Below, piece by piece: positions 9,687-18,878 of a DNA stretch of 64,000 bases. The translations under genes and the position numbers were made by a program. The stretch lies in the IMG/VR virus record IMGVR_UViG_3300048938_000061. One strand, written 5' to 3'. This DNA comes from a virus (Duplodnaviria; Heunggongvirae; Uroviricota; Caudoviricetes). The stretch's first letter is position 1. Each line of letters starts with the position of its first letter. The notes under the pieces were generated by a model. That model was given only the letters and a program-made list of their open reading frames with translations, ran no database searches and was not told the origin of the DNA.

Positions 9687-10469
9687 CTAATGCCAGCCTG
9701 GAACACGCAGGTGCCGTCCTGAACCTTCTTCTTTGCTCCACCGTATGACGTCGCGTATATGTGACAATATATCATCGGGGACTTCCTGACCTTGTCGAGC
9801 ATTTCCATATTTGGTATATAGAAAATCGCGTTGTTGTTCCAGTTCTTCTTCCGATTTAACTCTAGCATAGTCACCGCGTCTAATGCCGAGTTGAAAATCG
9901 GATTTACATATCTTGCTTTTCTCTGCTTGAATTTTATTGAGGGCTTGCGTAAACCTCGGTTCTGCTATTCCAGTCCCACAGGTCCATTCATAATCCATAT
10001 ATTCACGTGAACTGTATGAACCGACTTCGATGCCATTTATTTCCAAATCATATCCAAACTCAGTCGGAACGATGTCCGGACATATACCAGAAATTTCTTC
10101 CATAAATGTTTTTGCGTCGAGCATGATTTCGAAATCATTGCCATCACAAGCTTTGGTGTCGAAAAGTTCAACCTTCATGAAATAAGGTTGATGCGTTGCG
10201 TCAAAGACAGGCTCTTTTCGAAAACATGGTGTCAGAGATACGAATTTCCCTTCGCCGAGCGTCCCATTCATCAATGCATCTACAAAAGACTGCTCTGAAG
10301 ACCCGACGAGCAATCCGAGATTTCTTAACTCATAAGTTCGGCTGAGATCATCCAGTGTTGAACTAACAGCTTCAATGCTCGCATGCCATGGCAGATCAAC
10401 GCGCTTATAACCAAGATTTTCATACCAATTGAGCGCTTTGACAAGGAACTCCCAGTTAACGGCGACCAT
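9687..10469 (-). CDS. class II aminoacyl-tRNA-synthetase-like catalytic core (SerRS-like paralogue without tRNA-binding arm)
   Basis: 'TPCFRKEPVFDATHQPYFMKVELF' parallels the SerRS motif 2 of this same window ('[28 protein letters not shown]'). 'GTGIAEPRFTQALNKIQ' parallels motif 3 ('GSGVAVGRLLIAIMENYQ'). Only 260 aa. Overlaps the upstream gene by 14 nt. Confidence 0.55.
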   Translation of the reverse strand: MVAVNWEFLVKALNWYENLGYKRVDLPWHASIEAVSSTLDDLSRTYELRNLGLLVGSSEQSFVDALMNGTLGEGKFVSLTPCFRKEPVFDATHQPYFMKVELFDTKACDGNDFEIMLDAKTFMEEISGICPDIVPTEFGYDLEINGIEVGSYSSREYMDYEWTCGTGIAEPRFTQALNKIQAEKSKICKSDFQLGIRRGDYARVKSEEELEQQRDFLYTKYGNARQGQEVPDDILSHIRDVIRWSKEEGSGRHLRVPGWH

Positions 10470-11274
10470 TAGCGAATGCCCTTGCTGTTACTGCAGCCAT
10501 ATCAAGAAGACTCTGAAGTGAAATCGATGGATGATGCTTGTTCAGGTAAGCTTCTATGGCACCCTGAAGGTCGGATAACTCTACAAGCGCCATTATGTCC
10601 ACGCCCTGCTTGACAGCATCCATGAACTCATTGACCTCTTCCGCAATCTTTGAAGGTTCTCCAAGGATGCCCTTCTCGATATCCGTGATGTGATAACCAG
10701 GTCTCGCCTGCTTTGGCAAAAGGTCAGCGATGTAATCCCAGAGCATATTGGGTGCAATCTTGCGTTCAAACGGACATACAGACGCCGCATTCACCTCCCG
10801 GATAACGTTTGCCAAATCTTTGGTGACTGGACCGCGTTCAAGATAAGTGACCGCCTTCGTGGCGCGAATACGATGAAACCCAGTTTCTGCAAACTCGTAG
10901 CTGGTGCCAGCGCTCATGTGGTAAGTGCTACCCTGTCGAAGAAAACCACGTGCAACCGGAACAGGGTCTTTGCTTTCACCTGGCTTACAGGACACCTGAA
11001 TAATTTCATGGTCTCCATCTGGAGCGTTTTCGATAAACCATTCTTCATGAGTTATCTTGCCAAGCAAGATATGCGAATGAAATCGATATCGATGATCGTG
11101 AAGCTCCTCTTCAGGAGTGTCCGCGAGCAAATCAGGATGCCAGAAATGAATTCGAGTATCATCCGTGAGCTTTAGCTGAATAAATCCGAGGCCAAACCAA
11201 TGCGGTGTCGTGCCGAATGAACGCAGGTGATCGACGTCCAGAAATTGGTCTAAACGGCCATCAAAAATACTCAT
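10456..11274 (-). CDS. two-domain protein: His-rich N-terminal domain (cupin-like?) fused to MazG-like NTP pyrophosphohydrolase domain
   Basis: C-terminal 'AEEVNEFMDAV...LVELSDLQGAIEAYL' fits the MazG/HisE all-alpha EExxE...D pattern. The N-terminal region has 'HFWHPD...HDHRYRFHSH'. Confidence 0.5.
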   Translation of the reverse strand: MSIFDGRLDQFLDVDHLRSFGTTPHWFGLGFIQLKLTDDTRIHFWHPDLLADTPEEELHDHRYRFHSHILLGKITHEEWFIENAPDGDHEIIQVSCKPGESKDPVPVARGFLRQGSTYHMSAGTSYEFAETGFHRIRATKAVTYLERGPVTKDLANVIREVNAASVCPFERKIAPNMLWDYIADLLPKQARPGYHITDIEKGILGEPSKIAEEVNEFMDAVKQGVDIMALVELSDLQGAIEAYLNKHHPSISLQSLLDMAAVTARAFANGRR

Positions 11275-11374
11275 AACGAAACCTCTTTTTTTTGAAAATA
11301 TATTGCATTGGAAGTCTTATTTATAAGGCAGTCAACCATTTTTCGATTATTCGCGATTTAATAATAAAAATGGG

Positions 11375-11410
11375 GTCCGAATAAATTTCGAAGCCCCTGA
11401 GATCACTTTA
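11375..11410 (-). terminator. probable rho-independent terminator for gene 11424..11996
   Basis: 'GGGGtccgaataaatttcgaagCCCC' hairpin, followed on the minus strand by a T/A-rich run. Confidence 0.4.
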
Positions 11411-11423
11411 TTTATGTTTAAAA

Positions 11424-11996
11424 TTAAAGGCGGCTTGCTTGAATATACGAAGCCGAATATTCTTCGTCGCCTCCATACTGTGTCACCTCATTTATTTGCG
11501 CGACGACGTCGGAAAACAGGCCTATATCGTCAGTTTTAAGAGCAATTTCCAGATTATTGTAAATATTTTGAAGAACATTTAGCTTATCTGTCTCAGAGGC
11601 TCTCAATTTCGAGGAGTCGACGGTATATGGAGCGACGATATTGAAGTTATCTTTGACAACTTCGATTTGTTGCTTCATTGAAGTAGCGAGTTCAATTGCA
11701 CCTTTTACGTCGCCATCTTCTAACAAGTCACTCAGATGCCAATAATTCTCATTTAAGGTTACAAGTTCGCCCTCAATCAACGCACCATCTTCAAAGTGAC
11801 TGTAGCTCAATGGATAGTTATCGCCTTGAATATTAGGCGAAACAGCATTGCTGTTAATATAGATCGCGCCTGTGAGAGCAACAGCTGTCACAGTGGCAGT
11901 GAAAAGCCTATTCTCAGCAGCTTCAGCCATCCATTCTGAAAGTTTTGACATCGAATTTCCTCCCGAGGATTTATCGTCATTATTGTTCACCGGCAC
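11424..11996 (-). CDS. hypothetical secreted/membrane-anchored protein (190 aa)
   Basis: N-terminal hydrophobic segment 'LFTATVTAVALTGAIYI'. No other motif. Confidence 0.5.
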   Translation of the reverse strand: MPVNNNDDKSSGGNSMSKLSEWMAEAAENRLFTATVTAVALTGAIYINSNAVSPNIQGDNYPLSYSHFEDGALIEGELVTLNENYWHLSDLLEDGDVKGAIELATSMKQQIEVVKDNFNIVAPYTVDSSKLRASETDKLNVLQNIYNNLEIALKTDDIGLFSDVVAQINEVTQYGGDEEYSASYIQASRL

Positions 11997-12074
11997 GCGA
12001 CTAACAATTAAAAATCGTGCTTGCCGATTTTATACGTGTAACATACATTTATGTAACAAAGGCGAGAATTGCGT

Positions 12075-12461
12075 ATGACCAGAATTGAACGTCTATTGAT
12101 TATTTGTTTACTTGTTTCAAGATCCATGGAAGTCGAAAAAACTCTTGAATTTGTGGATGTAATTGAAAGTGGATGCCTTGCACATGAACAAGATTCCATC
12201 CAATACAAAAATAATCTGGTCGCGGCCGCAAAGACTGCACCACTTGACGACAAATATCGGCCAATAATGATGATGTTGTTCCAAGCTCATCAATTGGAAA
12301 ACAAAATTGATCTTTTACAGAAACATGAAATTCATCTGGAGAAAATCCTGGCAACGCTTCGACATCCCGCTCAAAGCCGAATTGCTGAAAAAATATTAAT
12401 TCAAAAGCTATCAGATTTTGTGAAGTATCACCCGTCATCTGAAGCGACACAAACTGGCTAA
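12075..12461 (+). CDS. hypothetical helical protein (about 128 aa)
   Basis: Coding-like composition. 'aaaggcgag' lies upstream of the ATG at 12075 (alternative TTG at 12069). Preferred over the overlapping antisense ORF 12100..12480. Confidence 0.4.
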   Translation: MTRIERLLIICLLVSRSMEVEKTLEFVDVIESGCLAHEQDSIQYKNNLVAAAKTAPLDDKYRPIMMMLFQAHQLENKIDLLQKHEIHLEKILATLRHPAQSRIAEKILIQKLSDFVKYHPSSEATQTG

Positions 12462-12483
12462 TATTCGTAAGGGAGACCATTTT

Positions 12484-13293
12484 TTAAAGTTCGATGACTT
12501 TACCGAACTCAAATTTTTCGTTTTCAGCGCCATAGCCCCGAGGGTTGCAAATCACCCTTGTGTTGCCAACATGGTAATCAAATGGCTGATGAACATGTCC
12601 ATGAACCCAAAGGTTAGGTTGATGTTCTTCAATTAAATCTGACAAATCAGAAACGAAAGCTCCATTCGTCGCATCGCCTTCAAATTTCGGATGAATTGAA
12701 GCTCTGTGTGGAGCATGATGGCTTACTACAACCGTTTTGCCATCAAAAGGTACCGCCAGAGTGACGTCGATGAAACTCCTCGTCTCTTGGTGAAGAGTTA
12801 CAAAGTCAGAAGGAAGTGCAAGCCTTGGAATGATGCCATCGCCTTTAGGAGCCTTTAAATAAATATTGCTGTAGTCCGACAGCCCATTTTTAGCGGCCCA
12901 CATGGCTTTTTGGATCGCTACATTACGCTCCGCTCCTGCTTCAGGGGCATCAATTGCAAAGTCAGTCCACAACGTGCCACCAAGAAAGCGTACGCCTTCA
13001 ATGATTTCAACACCGTTATCAAGGAAAGTCACATCTAGAGCGTTTGCGATAAGCCGCGCATTTTTGCGACCGCTTTCGATTGATGTATCATAGAATTCAT
13101 GATTTCCTGGCACCCAGATGACTGGCATTTTTGGCCTGACGACTTTTCCCACCCAGTTAATCGCAAGATGCATTGAATCGGTGACATCGCCAGCCAGAAC
13201 ACAAACATCAGCCTGCGGGTATCGATCAGGCTTTATCAACCGGATCGCGTCCTTCTGTGGGATATGTAGGTCAGATAAAATCCAGATACGCAT
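12484..13293 (-). CDS. metallophosphoesterase, calcineurin-like (paralogue of 659..1495)
   Basis: 'LSDLHI', 'LAGDVTD', 'PGNHEFYD', 'VSHHAPH', 'VHGHVHQPFDY'. Clear end-to-end similarity to 659..1495. Confidence 0.85.
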   Translation of the reverse strand: MRIWILSDLHIPQKDAIRLIKPDRYPQADVCVLAGDVTDSMHLAINWVGKVVRPKMPVIWVPGNHEFYDTSIESGRKNARLIANALDVTFLDNGVEIIEGVRFLGGTLWTDFAIDAPEAGAERNVAIQKAMWAAKNGLSDYSNIYLKAPKGDGIIPRLALPSDFVTLHQETRSFIDVTLAVPFDGKTVVVSHHAPHRASIHPKFEGDATNGAFVSDLSDLIEEHQPNLWVHGHVHQPFDYHVGNTRVICNPRGYGAENEKFEFGKVIEL

Positions 13294-13390
13294 ATGTCTT
13301 GATTACAGGATCAGAATTACTCGGTCAACGATTTAAATATTGACAATAATTATTTATTTAAATAAATGGTCCTTAACAAAGGACATAATT

Positions 13391-15019
13391 ATGAGTTTCC
13401 CCGTTCCAAATGCTATTTTAAATGAACTTAAGCATGACGATTTCTCAAAAACACAAAGTCTTTATTCTAATACGGCGAGAGATCCCGACAGAGAGGTTAA
13501 AATTGACCTTTCAAAGCTATCTGATGACGCTGTTTATGAGCTAGCTGCAGCATTCGAGCAGGCGGACATCATGAAAAATGTACGGATGCTGAATTCAATT
13601 CTTGATTCACGCTCTGGGAAAAAAGACCAGACGGTCAGAGGACTGGAAAGCTTACCAGACCTCCTTAAGAGTTACCTAGAAGTTGAACAAATCAATAAAT
13701 GGATTTTCCGTCGTGAAAAAGATGGGCAGCTTTATCCATATCTCGTTAAAGCCATTCAGATGTGCTCCGATGACAGTTTTCGTCAGACAGACAAAGAAGA
13801 TCAGTTTGTCATCATGCGCCTCGTCTCTTACAGCATTTGCGACGATGGAAAGATGGGAACAAAGTCCGAAACGATCTCGTTTCATCGGCATCACGTATCC
13901 AATCGCAGGATTTCCAAAATCCTGTCCGATTTTGATCTTTTCAAGGAGACAAAAGAACTGATCGCTGAGTACGAAGCTCAAGTGGAGCGTTATCGTGAAA
14001 TCATTATGCCTGGATTTTCGCAGCAATTTGTTGCCACCGGACAGACCGTAAAGATTGGCTATAGCGGCAAGGACACTTTTTTAAACAAAACACGCGTCAT
14101 TCACGACCTGTCTTCAAAAGATTTTGGTGCTTATAACGACACCATGGACGCTGAGACGAAGACCAATCACAATGAAAGCTTCCCGTGTCCATTGCATCCT
14201 ATGGTCAAGGTTTTCGATCTTGAATCTCATGATTTCCATTGGATCAATGGCAATATGGTGGAGCCATATGTCTATAAAAACCTACTCAATCATCTGGTTT
14301 TGCCAGAAACCCATCACGACCTTCTGGAAATGCTTACTGATGACCTGACAGACTTCTCGAATGATTTCGTTGAAGGCAAGGCAGCTGGAAACCTGATTAT
14401 CTGTAAGGGGCCTCCAGGCGTCGGCAAAACGCTGACAGGTGAACTGTATTCAGAGCATAAAAAAGTGCCTCTAATCGTATTACGCGCGGGCAAACTCGGC
14501 ACTACGGTTGCTGAAGTCACAAAAGGAATGAAGCAATACCTGGAATGGGCCACGAGGTGGAATTGCCCTATCCTCGTTAATGAATGCGATATCTACATTG
14601 CCAAGCGCAGTGATAATATCAATCTGAACGCAATCGTCGCCGAAATGCTGCAGTTGGTTGAGTACTATCCTGGCCTGCTCTTTATGACGACAAATCGTCC
14701 TGACGATATCGATGATGCGTTCGTCAGTCGTGCGTTGGCAATTATCAATTACGCAGCACCTGAAGGAAATCTCGTGGACGAAAGCTGGCGTCAGATTGCT
14801 TCTCTTCATGATTTGAAAATGGACGAAACTATGATCATGTCTCTCAAACAGCAATTCCCAAGCATCGTTCAGAGAGACATGAAGATGCTTCTGAAACTCG
14901 CAATGAAAAGATCGAAGCGCAGCCGAGAACCGATTACTCCAGACTTGCTACGCAAGATGGCAATGTTCCGAGACATCAAGATGTCGGCAATTGAATTAGG
15001 CACTCCAGATAACCAATAA
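13391..15019 (+). CDS. AAA+ ATPase (classical AAA clade) with about 340-aa unknown N-terminal domain
   Basis: Walker A 'GPPGVGKT'. Walker B-like 'ILVNECD' (Asn in place of the usual Asp). Sensor-1/Arg-finger region 'TTNRPDDIDDAFVSRA'. The start is probably 'MSFPV' (RBS 'aaagga'); the ORF track extends to 13340. Confidence 0.8.
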   Translation: MSFPVPNAILNELKHDDFSKTQSLYSNTARDPDREVKIDLSKLSDDAVYELAAAFEQADIMKNVRMLNSILDSRSGKKDQTVRGLESLPDLLKSYLEVEQINKWIFRREKDGQLYPYLVKAIQMCSDDSFRQTDKEDQFVIMRLVSYSICDDGKMGTKSETISFHRHHVSNRRISKILSDFDLFKETKELIAEYEAQVERYREIIMPGFSQQFVATGQTVKIGYSGKDTFLNKTRVIHDLSSKDFGAYNDTMDAETKTNHNESFPCPLHPMVKVFDLESHDFHWINGNMVEPYVYKNLLNHLVLPETHHDLLEMLTDDLTDFSNDFVEGKAAGNLIICKGPPGVGKTLTGELYSEHKKVPLIVLRAGKLGTTVAEVTKGMKQYLEWATRWNCPILVNECDIYIAKRSDNINLNAIVAEMLQLVEYYPGLLFMTTNRPDDIDDAFVSRALAIINYAAPEGNLVDESWRQIASLHDLKMDETMIMSLKQQFPSIVQRDMKMLLKLAMKRSKRSREPITPDLLRKMAMFRDIKMSAIELGTPDNQ

Positions 15020-15044
15020 ATAACAAATAATTATCATTAATGAG

Positions 15045-15090
15045 GCTGTCCGATTAAAGTCGAGCGGCCTTATTTTTTGAATAATGCTTA
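15045..15090 (+). terminator. possible rho-independent terminator (imperfect)
   Basis: 'aggctgtccgattaaagtcgagcggcct' imperfect hairpin followed by 'tatttttt'. Confidence 0.3.
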
Positions 15091-15174
15091 AATATCACCG
15101 GAATCTCTACAATAAACCTTGCGGACTCTTTATTGCTTTGGATATCATTAACCCTCAAATGATGAGGTTTTATT

Positions 15175-16374
15175 ATGTCCAGCATTCCAACTTTTAAAAT
15201 TAAAAATTACGACAATAGTGGAAATTATATATACGATTTAAATATGGATGCCGTCCTTTTAAGTATGGACACTCGTCGCGCTTTTACCGTTCTTGAGAAA
15301 CTGGCGAATGGACAAAAGAATGTGGGATATCTTCCCTTATATAAGGGTCTACCGCGACATCATCTTGAAGACCTGATGTCGATTAATTCCAATAATGTCA
15401 TTGATTATGACCTTTCTCTTGAAGCTAAAAATTTCTTTGACAAGCTCGGCGGGAAGTCTGGCTACCGCCAGTTTGTTGAACTCAATCGATATCGCGATAC
15501 CCTGGAGCGTAAAAAGGATCGCATTTCCCAAGAAATGATTGACCTTAACGCTGCAAATTTCATTCTGGCTCCAGCATCAAAGAACGAGATGCTTTATGAC
15601 CATCTCGGAGAAAAAGGCGGCGATGTTGAAACATTGCTTATGCAGTACAACATGCCAAAAGAAATTTTCGAGATGAGTGACACACCGGACCGTCACAATG
15701 CATTCGAAAAATGGATCAGAGATAATGGCCGTCCTTATGCGTGGGATACATTTCGCAATGATTGGAATGGCATCTCTGTCGATGACGTCCTAAGCTGTTG
15801 GGATGATATCTACGACGAAGACAATCAAGATGAAAAGCTTTCGAACCCTGAACTACTCAATCAATTGATAGCTGATGTAAAGGCAACCATCGATTGCCAA
15901 CTTGAAACGGACCATTATGAAGATGCCCAATACGAAGTCGTCGACATCAAAGAAATAGACGAAATAATCACGAATTGGTTCAATCAGAAAGACGCGAACA
16001 AGCCGACAGCTGACCAGAAACTGAAAGAAGAGCTAGCCTCCTGGGGAGAAAAGCAGTCCATCACGTCATATCAACAAGATAAAGGCACATTCGTTGGGCT
16101 TCATCCGAACGTAACAGCACTGGAATGCAAGCAATTTCTGGAACGAGAATTTTCAAAACTGCGCATAGAGATCGACAACATCGACACCATGTGGCGTCAG
16201 CCACTGTCAGAAGGAGTTTACGAGCTATCTGAAAGGCTGTCATCCTCAGGGATTTGGCTAACCCATGGGCCATATGACCCGAAGTATCGAATTCGTTCGA
16301 CGCCGGATAATCTGGATGCCGATTTCCCGACACTGGAACTTGCAGTAGAATTTGCCGAGAACATCAATCGATGA
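15175..16374 (+). CDS. hypothetical protein (399 aa)
   Basis: Long ORF. Its stop overlaps the start of the next gene by 4 nt. Confidence 0.6.
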   Translation: MSSIPTFKIKNYDNSGNYIYDLNMDAVLLSMDTRRAFTVLEKLANGQKNVGYLPLYKGLPRHHLEDLMSINSNNVIDYDLSLEAKNFFDKLGGKSGYRQFVELNRYRDTLERKKDRISQEMIDLNAANFILAPASKNEMLYDHLGEKGGDVETLLMQYNMPKEIFEMSDTPDRHNAFEKWIRDNGRPYAWDTFRNDWNGISVDDVLSCWDDIYDEDNQDEKLSNPELLNQLIADVKATIDCQLETDHYEDAQYEVVDIKEIDEIITNWFNQKDANKPTADQKLKEELASWGEKQSITSYQQDKGTFVGLHPNVTALECKQFLEREFSKLRIEIDNIDTMWRQPLSEGVYELSERLSSSGIWLTHGPYDPKYRIRSTPDNLDADFPTLELAVEFAENINR

Positions 16375-16973
16375 GATACAACCTCTTACCACTTGACGAC
16401 CAGTTCGCAGCGATCATGGATCATCTCGATACATTGAGAGATGAAAACCACCCTAAGGAAATGCGTCCAAGCTATCTTCGGGAACTTGTGAAGCAAGCAA
16501 GCAAGCGCGATGACCTCCCACGAGACAAAGTTTGTCGCTGGCTTGGCTATTGCTATGGCATAGTGATGGCACGGCACAGCAGCCTATCGCAGATATTTTC
16601 GTTTAACGAACCAAAACTTGTTGATGATTTATCGAACCATCCTGTGGTTATGGCGTCATTGGAAATTCTAAACCATTTACAAACTATCATCCAAAAGAAC
16701 GATAAAATCGTTCGATATGCCGATAATTTCCCCAATACTGAGAATGTTTACGCACCAATTTTAATTGAAGCATTGATCGATTATACAAAAAAAGACGCAA
16801 AACTAATTGGTGTAAATGCTTTAAGTCTTCGTCTTGGATTAATTCAAGGCTACATGGTCGCTTATAACTATATCGACGTTGACCAGGAACGTAATTTCAC
16901 CAGGCCTTTATTTCACAAAGCCTACGAAAATATTGGGATTGTGCCACCAAGAAGTGTTTCTGTTAGTGTCTAA
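16371..16973 (+). CDS. hypothetical protein (200 aa)
   Basis: ATGA-type coupling to the upstream gene. Confidence 0.55.
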   Translation: MRYNLLPLDDQFAAIMDHLDTLRDENHPKEMRPSYLRELVKQASKRDDLPRDKVCRWLGYCYGIVMARHSSLSQIFSFNEPKLVDDLSNHPVVMASLEILNHLQTIIQKNDKIVRYADNFPNTENVYAPILIEALIDYTKKDAKLIGVNALSLRLGLIQGYMVAYNYIDVDQERNFTRPLFHKAYENIGIVPPRSVSVSV

Positions 16974-16985
16974 AAGGAAATCACC

Positions 16986-17516
16986 ATGCTGGATATGCAA
17001 AATGTAAATGTTTCCACAGACGCAGCGCTCTCCAATTATACGAGATGGGCTAATTCAGGGTTTTGGGCCAGCTTTTTTCAGCTGGACTTTAATGTTCACT
17101 CATTTAAATCCATAAAGCTACCTAGCGCTAACGTCCGGGAACGTATGTGCAATGCCATGATGGCTAATATCAGCACGGTTTCGCCCTCTCAAATGAACAA
17201 TCGCTTGAGCTTCATGGAAGCTGTCTTGGATGCAATGAGAAAAAGAGAAAGCTTATTGTTGAACCACTATTTCACAATGCGGAAGCACGGCGTTAACGTC
17301 CTGTTTTTATGTTCTATCTCAATGGCGTTTTTGACGTTCGCAATAGGTATGCAGAATAGCCCGCTTTCCCTTGTTATTTCCTCGATGATCGCGATATCTG
17401 CAATCTTGGGCTACAGCACTGCCAGAAATACCTTCAAGAAAAAGTATAATAAGATACAAAGTATCGCAAATGATCCTGGTGAACAGAGTAATTACATTTT
17501 ATGGGAAGAAAAATAA
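16986..17516 (+). CDS. hypothetical integral membrane protein (176 aa)
   Basis: Hydrophobic helices 'VLFLCSISMAFLTFAIG' and 'LSLVISSMIAISAILGY'. Confidence 0.55.
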   Translation: MLDMQNVNVSTDAALSNYTRWANSGFWASFFQLDFNVHSFKSIKLPSANVRERMCNAMMANISTVSPSQMNNRLSFMEAVLDAMRKRESLLLNHYFTMRKHGVNVLFLCSISMAFLTFAIGMQNSPLSLVISSMIAISAILGYSTARNTFKKKYNKIQSIANDPGEQSNYILWEEK

Positions 17517-18046
17517 TGACAAACAGATCAGAACCGATAAATGATGTGAATAAAATATTAGAACATATTATTGCCTTCTCTAAAATGGGATTTATCACAG
17601 GATATTTCAGAATAGAAAATCAAATAGATGCTTCTGCGTTGCCTAGCGTAAAATTACGACGCCAGTTTACTGAAGATCAAGAAAAAAACAGGAGAAGCAC
17701 AGATAGCTATGAAGCTATAGAAAACCGAAAAATCTATACTCATCAAATCGTAGAAAATCTGGAAGCTGCTGAGAAATCTATTGTCGAAAAATTTCAAAAC
17801 GACAAAAGAAAAGGGACAGACGCTTTTTTTGGATCGGTTGTATTCATGTTTTTGTTGGCGATAATTGCAACACAGCTGATAGAAGATGAAAAAAATGCTG
17901 CATCTGTTGGCCTTAACATTCTATCCGTTTTCCCTCTTATTTACATTCCCCTCTATATTTTTATGAAAATCAGAGTTAAGAGACTTTACGACAAGGCCCA
18001 TGCTGCACAAGACATGAGCTGGGTATTTCCATGGAAACAGCCGTAA
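17516..18046 (+). CDS. hypothetical integral membrane protein (about 176 aa)
   Basis: Helices 'FFGSVVFMFLLAIIATQLI' and 'LNILSVFPLIYIPLYIFM'. TAATG overlap with the previous gene. Confidence 0.55.
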   Translation: MTNRSEPINDVNKILEHIIAFSKMGFITGYFRIENQIDASALPSVKLRRQFTEDQEKNRRSTDSYEAIENRKIYTHQIVENLEAAEKSIVEKFQNDKRKGTDAFFGSVVFMFLLAIIATQLIEDEKNAASVGLNILSVFPLIYIPLYIFMKIRVKRLYDKAHAAQDMSWVFPWKQP

Positions 18047-18059
18047 GACTTCGCGAGGT

Positions 18060-18311
18060 TTGGTGACTACTGATACAGAAAGAGAAGGTACGAAAAAGAG
18101 GGTTTCCCGCTTCCGTGAGCGCGAGAAAGCAAGAAACCTTCAAATTGCATTAGCGTCTGCAAGAATGGCGCTTGGCAAAGATGTCGGCGATTCCGGACGC
18201 GCACTTGCCGATTTTCTGGAAAAGCAAGCCAAACAGCCAGATCTTCCTGATGATTATTCCTCCCTAATGGGAGACGCCATTGACGTTTTGCGATCAAAAA
18301 GACGGCGTTGA
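18060..18311 (+). CDS. small basic hypothetical protein (83 aa)
   Basis: ORF 13 nt downstream. Lys/Arg-rich. Confidence 0.35.
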   Translation: MVTTDTEREGTKKRVSRFREREKARNLQIALASARMALGKDVGDSGRALADFLEKQAKQPDLPDDYSSLMGDAIDVLRSKRRR

Positions 18312-18378
18312 ATTGTCATATAGGCAATATTTTCTGCACAGCAAATATAGCGATTCCTCAAAATTTCTGACAGTTAGT

Positions 18379-18738
18379 TCATTTTTTAAACGTGTTAACT
18401 AGGCCCTGGCAACTCGTGTCGAGATCGTTCTTGAGGGAGTCATATCCACGCTCTTCGACCTGTAAATTATATTCAACCAACTTGTGCACCACGAAAGTCT
18501 GAGCATCCTGCTCAGAGATGTTAAGAGTTGACGCCTCAAACATAAATTCGTCGCCAAGTGTTGCCAGTGTCTGAGCTGCAAATGGCGAGACAACGTTCTT
18601 CCCATCAAATCCATTTTTGATCGCGGTGTAGGCCATGCATTGGCCCAACTCTTTATAATGCTTGTCATCTGCCGCACCGGCGAATGTCGCATTAAACGCG
18701 AGTGCAGTCGCAATCAAAATTGTTCTGACGTTATACAT
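18379..18738 (-). CDS. secreted hypothetical protein (119 aa)
   Basis: Signal-peptide-like N-terminus 'ILIATALAFNATFAGAA'. Confidence 0.5.
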   Translation of the reverse strand: MYNVRTILIATALAFNATFAGAADDKHYKELGQCMAYTAIKNGFDGKNVVSPFAAQTLATLGDEFMFEASTLNISEQDAQTFVVHKLVEYNLQVEERGYDSLKNDLDTSCQGLVNTFKK

Positions 18739-18878
18739 TAAGAAAATCCTTTGGTTTTAATCATTTTAGCCACAAGTTTTACGGTCAACAAGTGCCAAAG
18801 CACTCATAAACCTTGAATTAATTTCAGCCTGTATTCATCCTATTCATCAGAGAAATATCCCTGCCAAGGACACCCATA

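Noticed and set aside
9687-10469. Calling this a second bona fide seryl-tRNA synthetase
   Set aside because: It lacks the N-terminal tRNA-binding arm and is only 260 aa. A complete serS is present at 45684..46976. It is treated as an aaRS-like paralogue.
12100-12480. 126-aa minus-strand ORF immediately downstream of the phosphoesterase gene
   Set aside because: Its composition (F/Q/C-rich, 'FFQQFGFERD') looks like antisense read-through of the better plus-strand ORF 12075..12461. It is kept as a low-probability alternative only.
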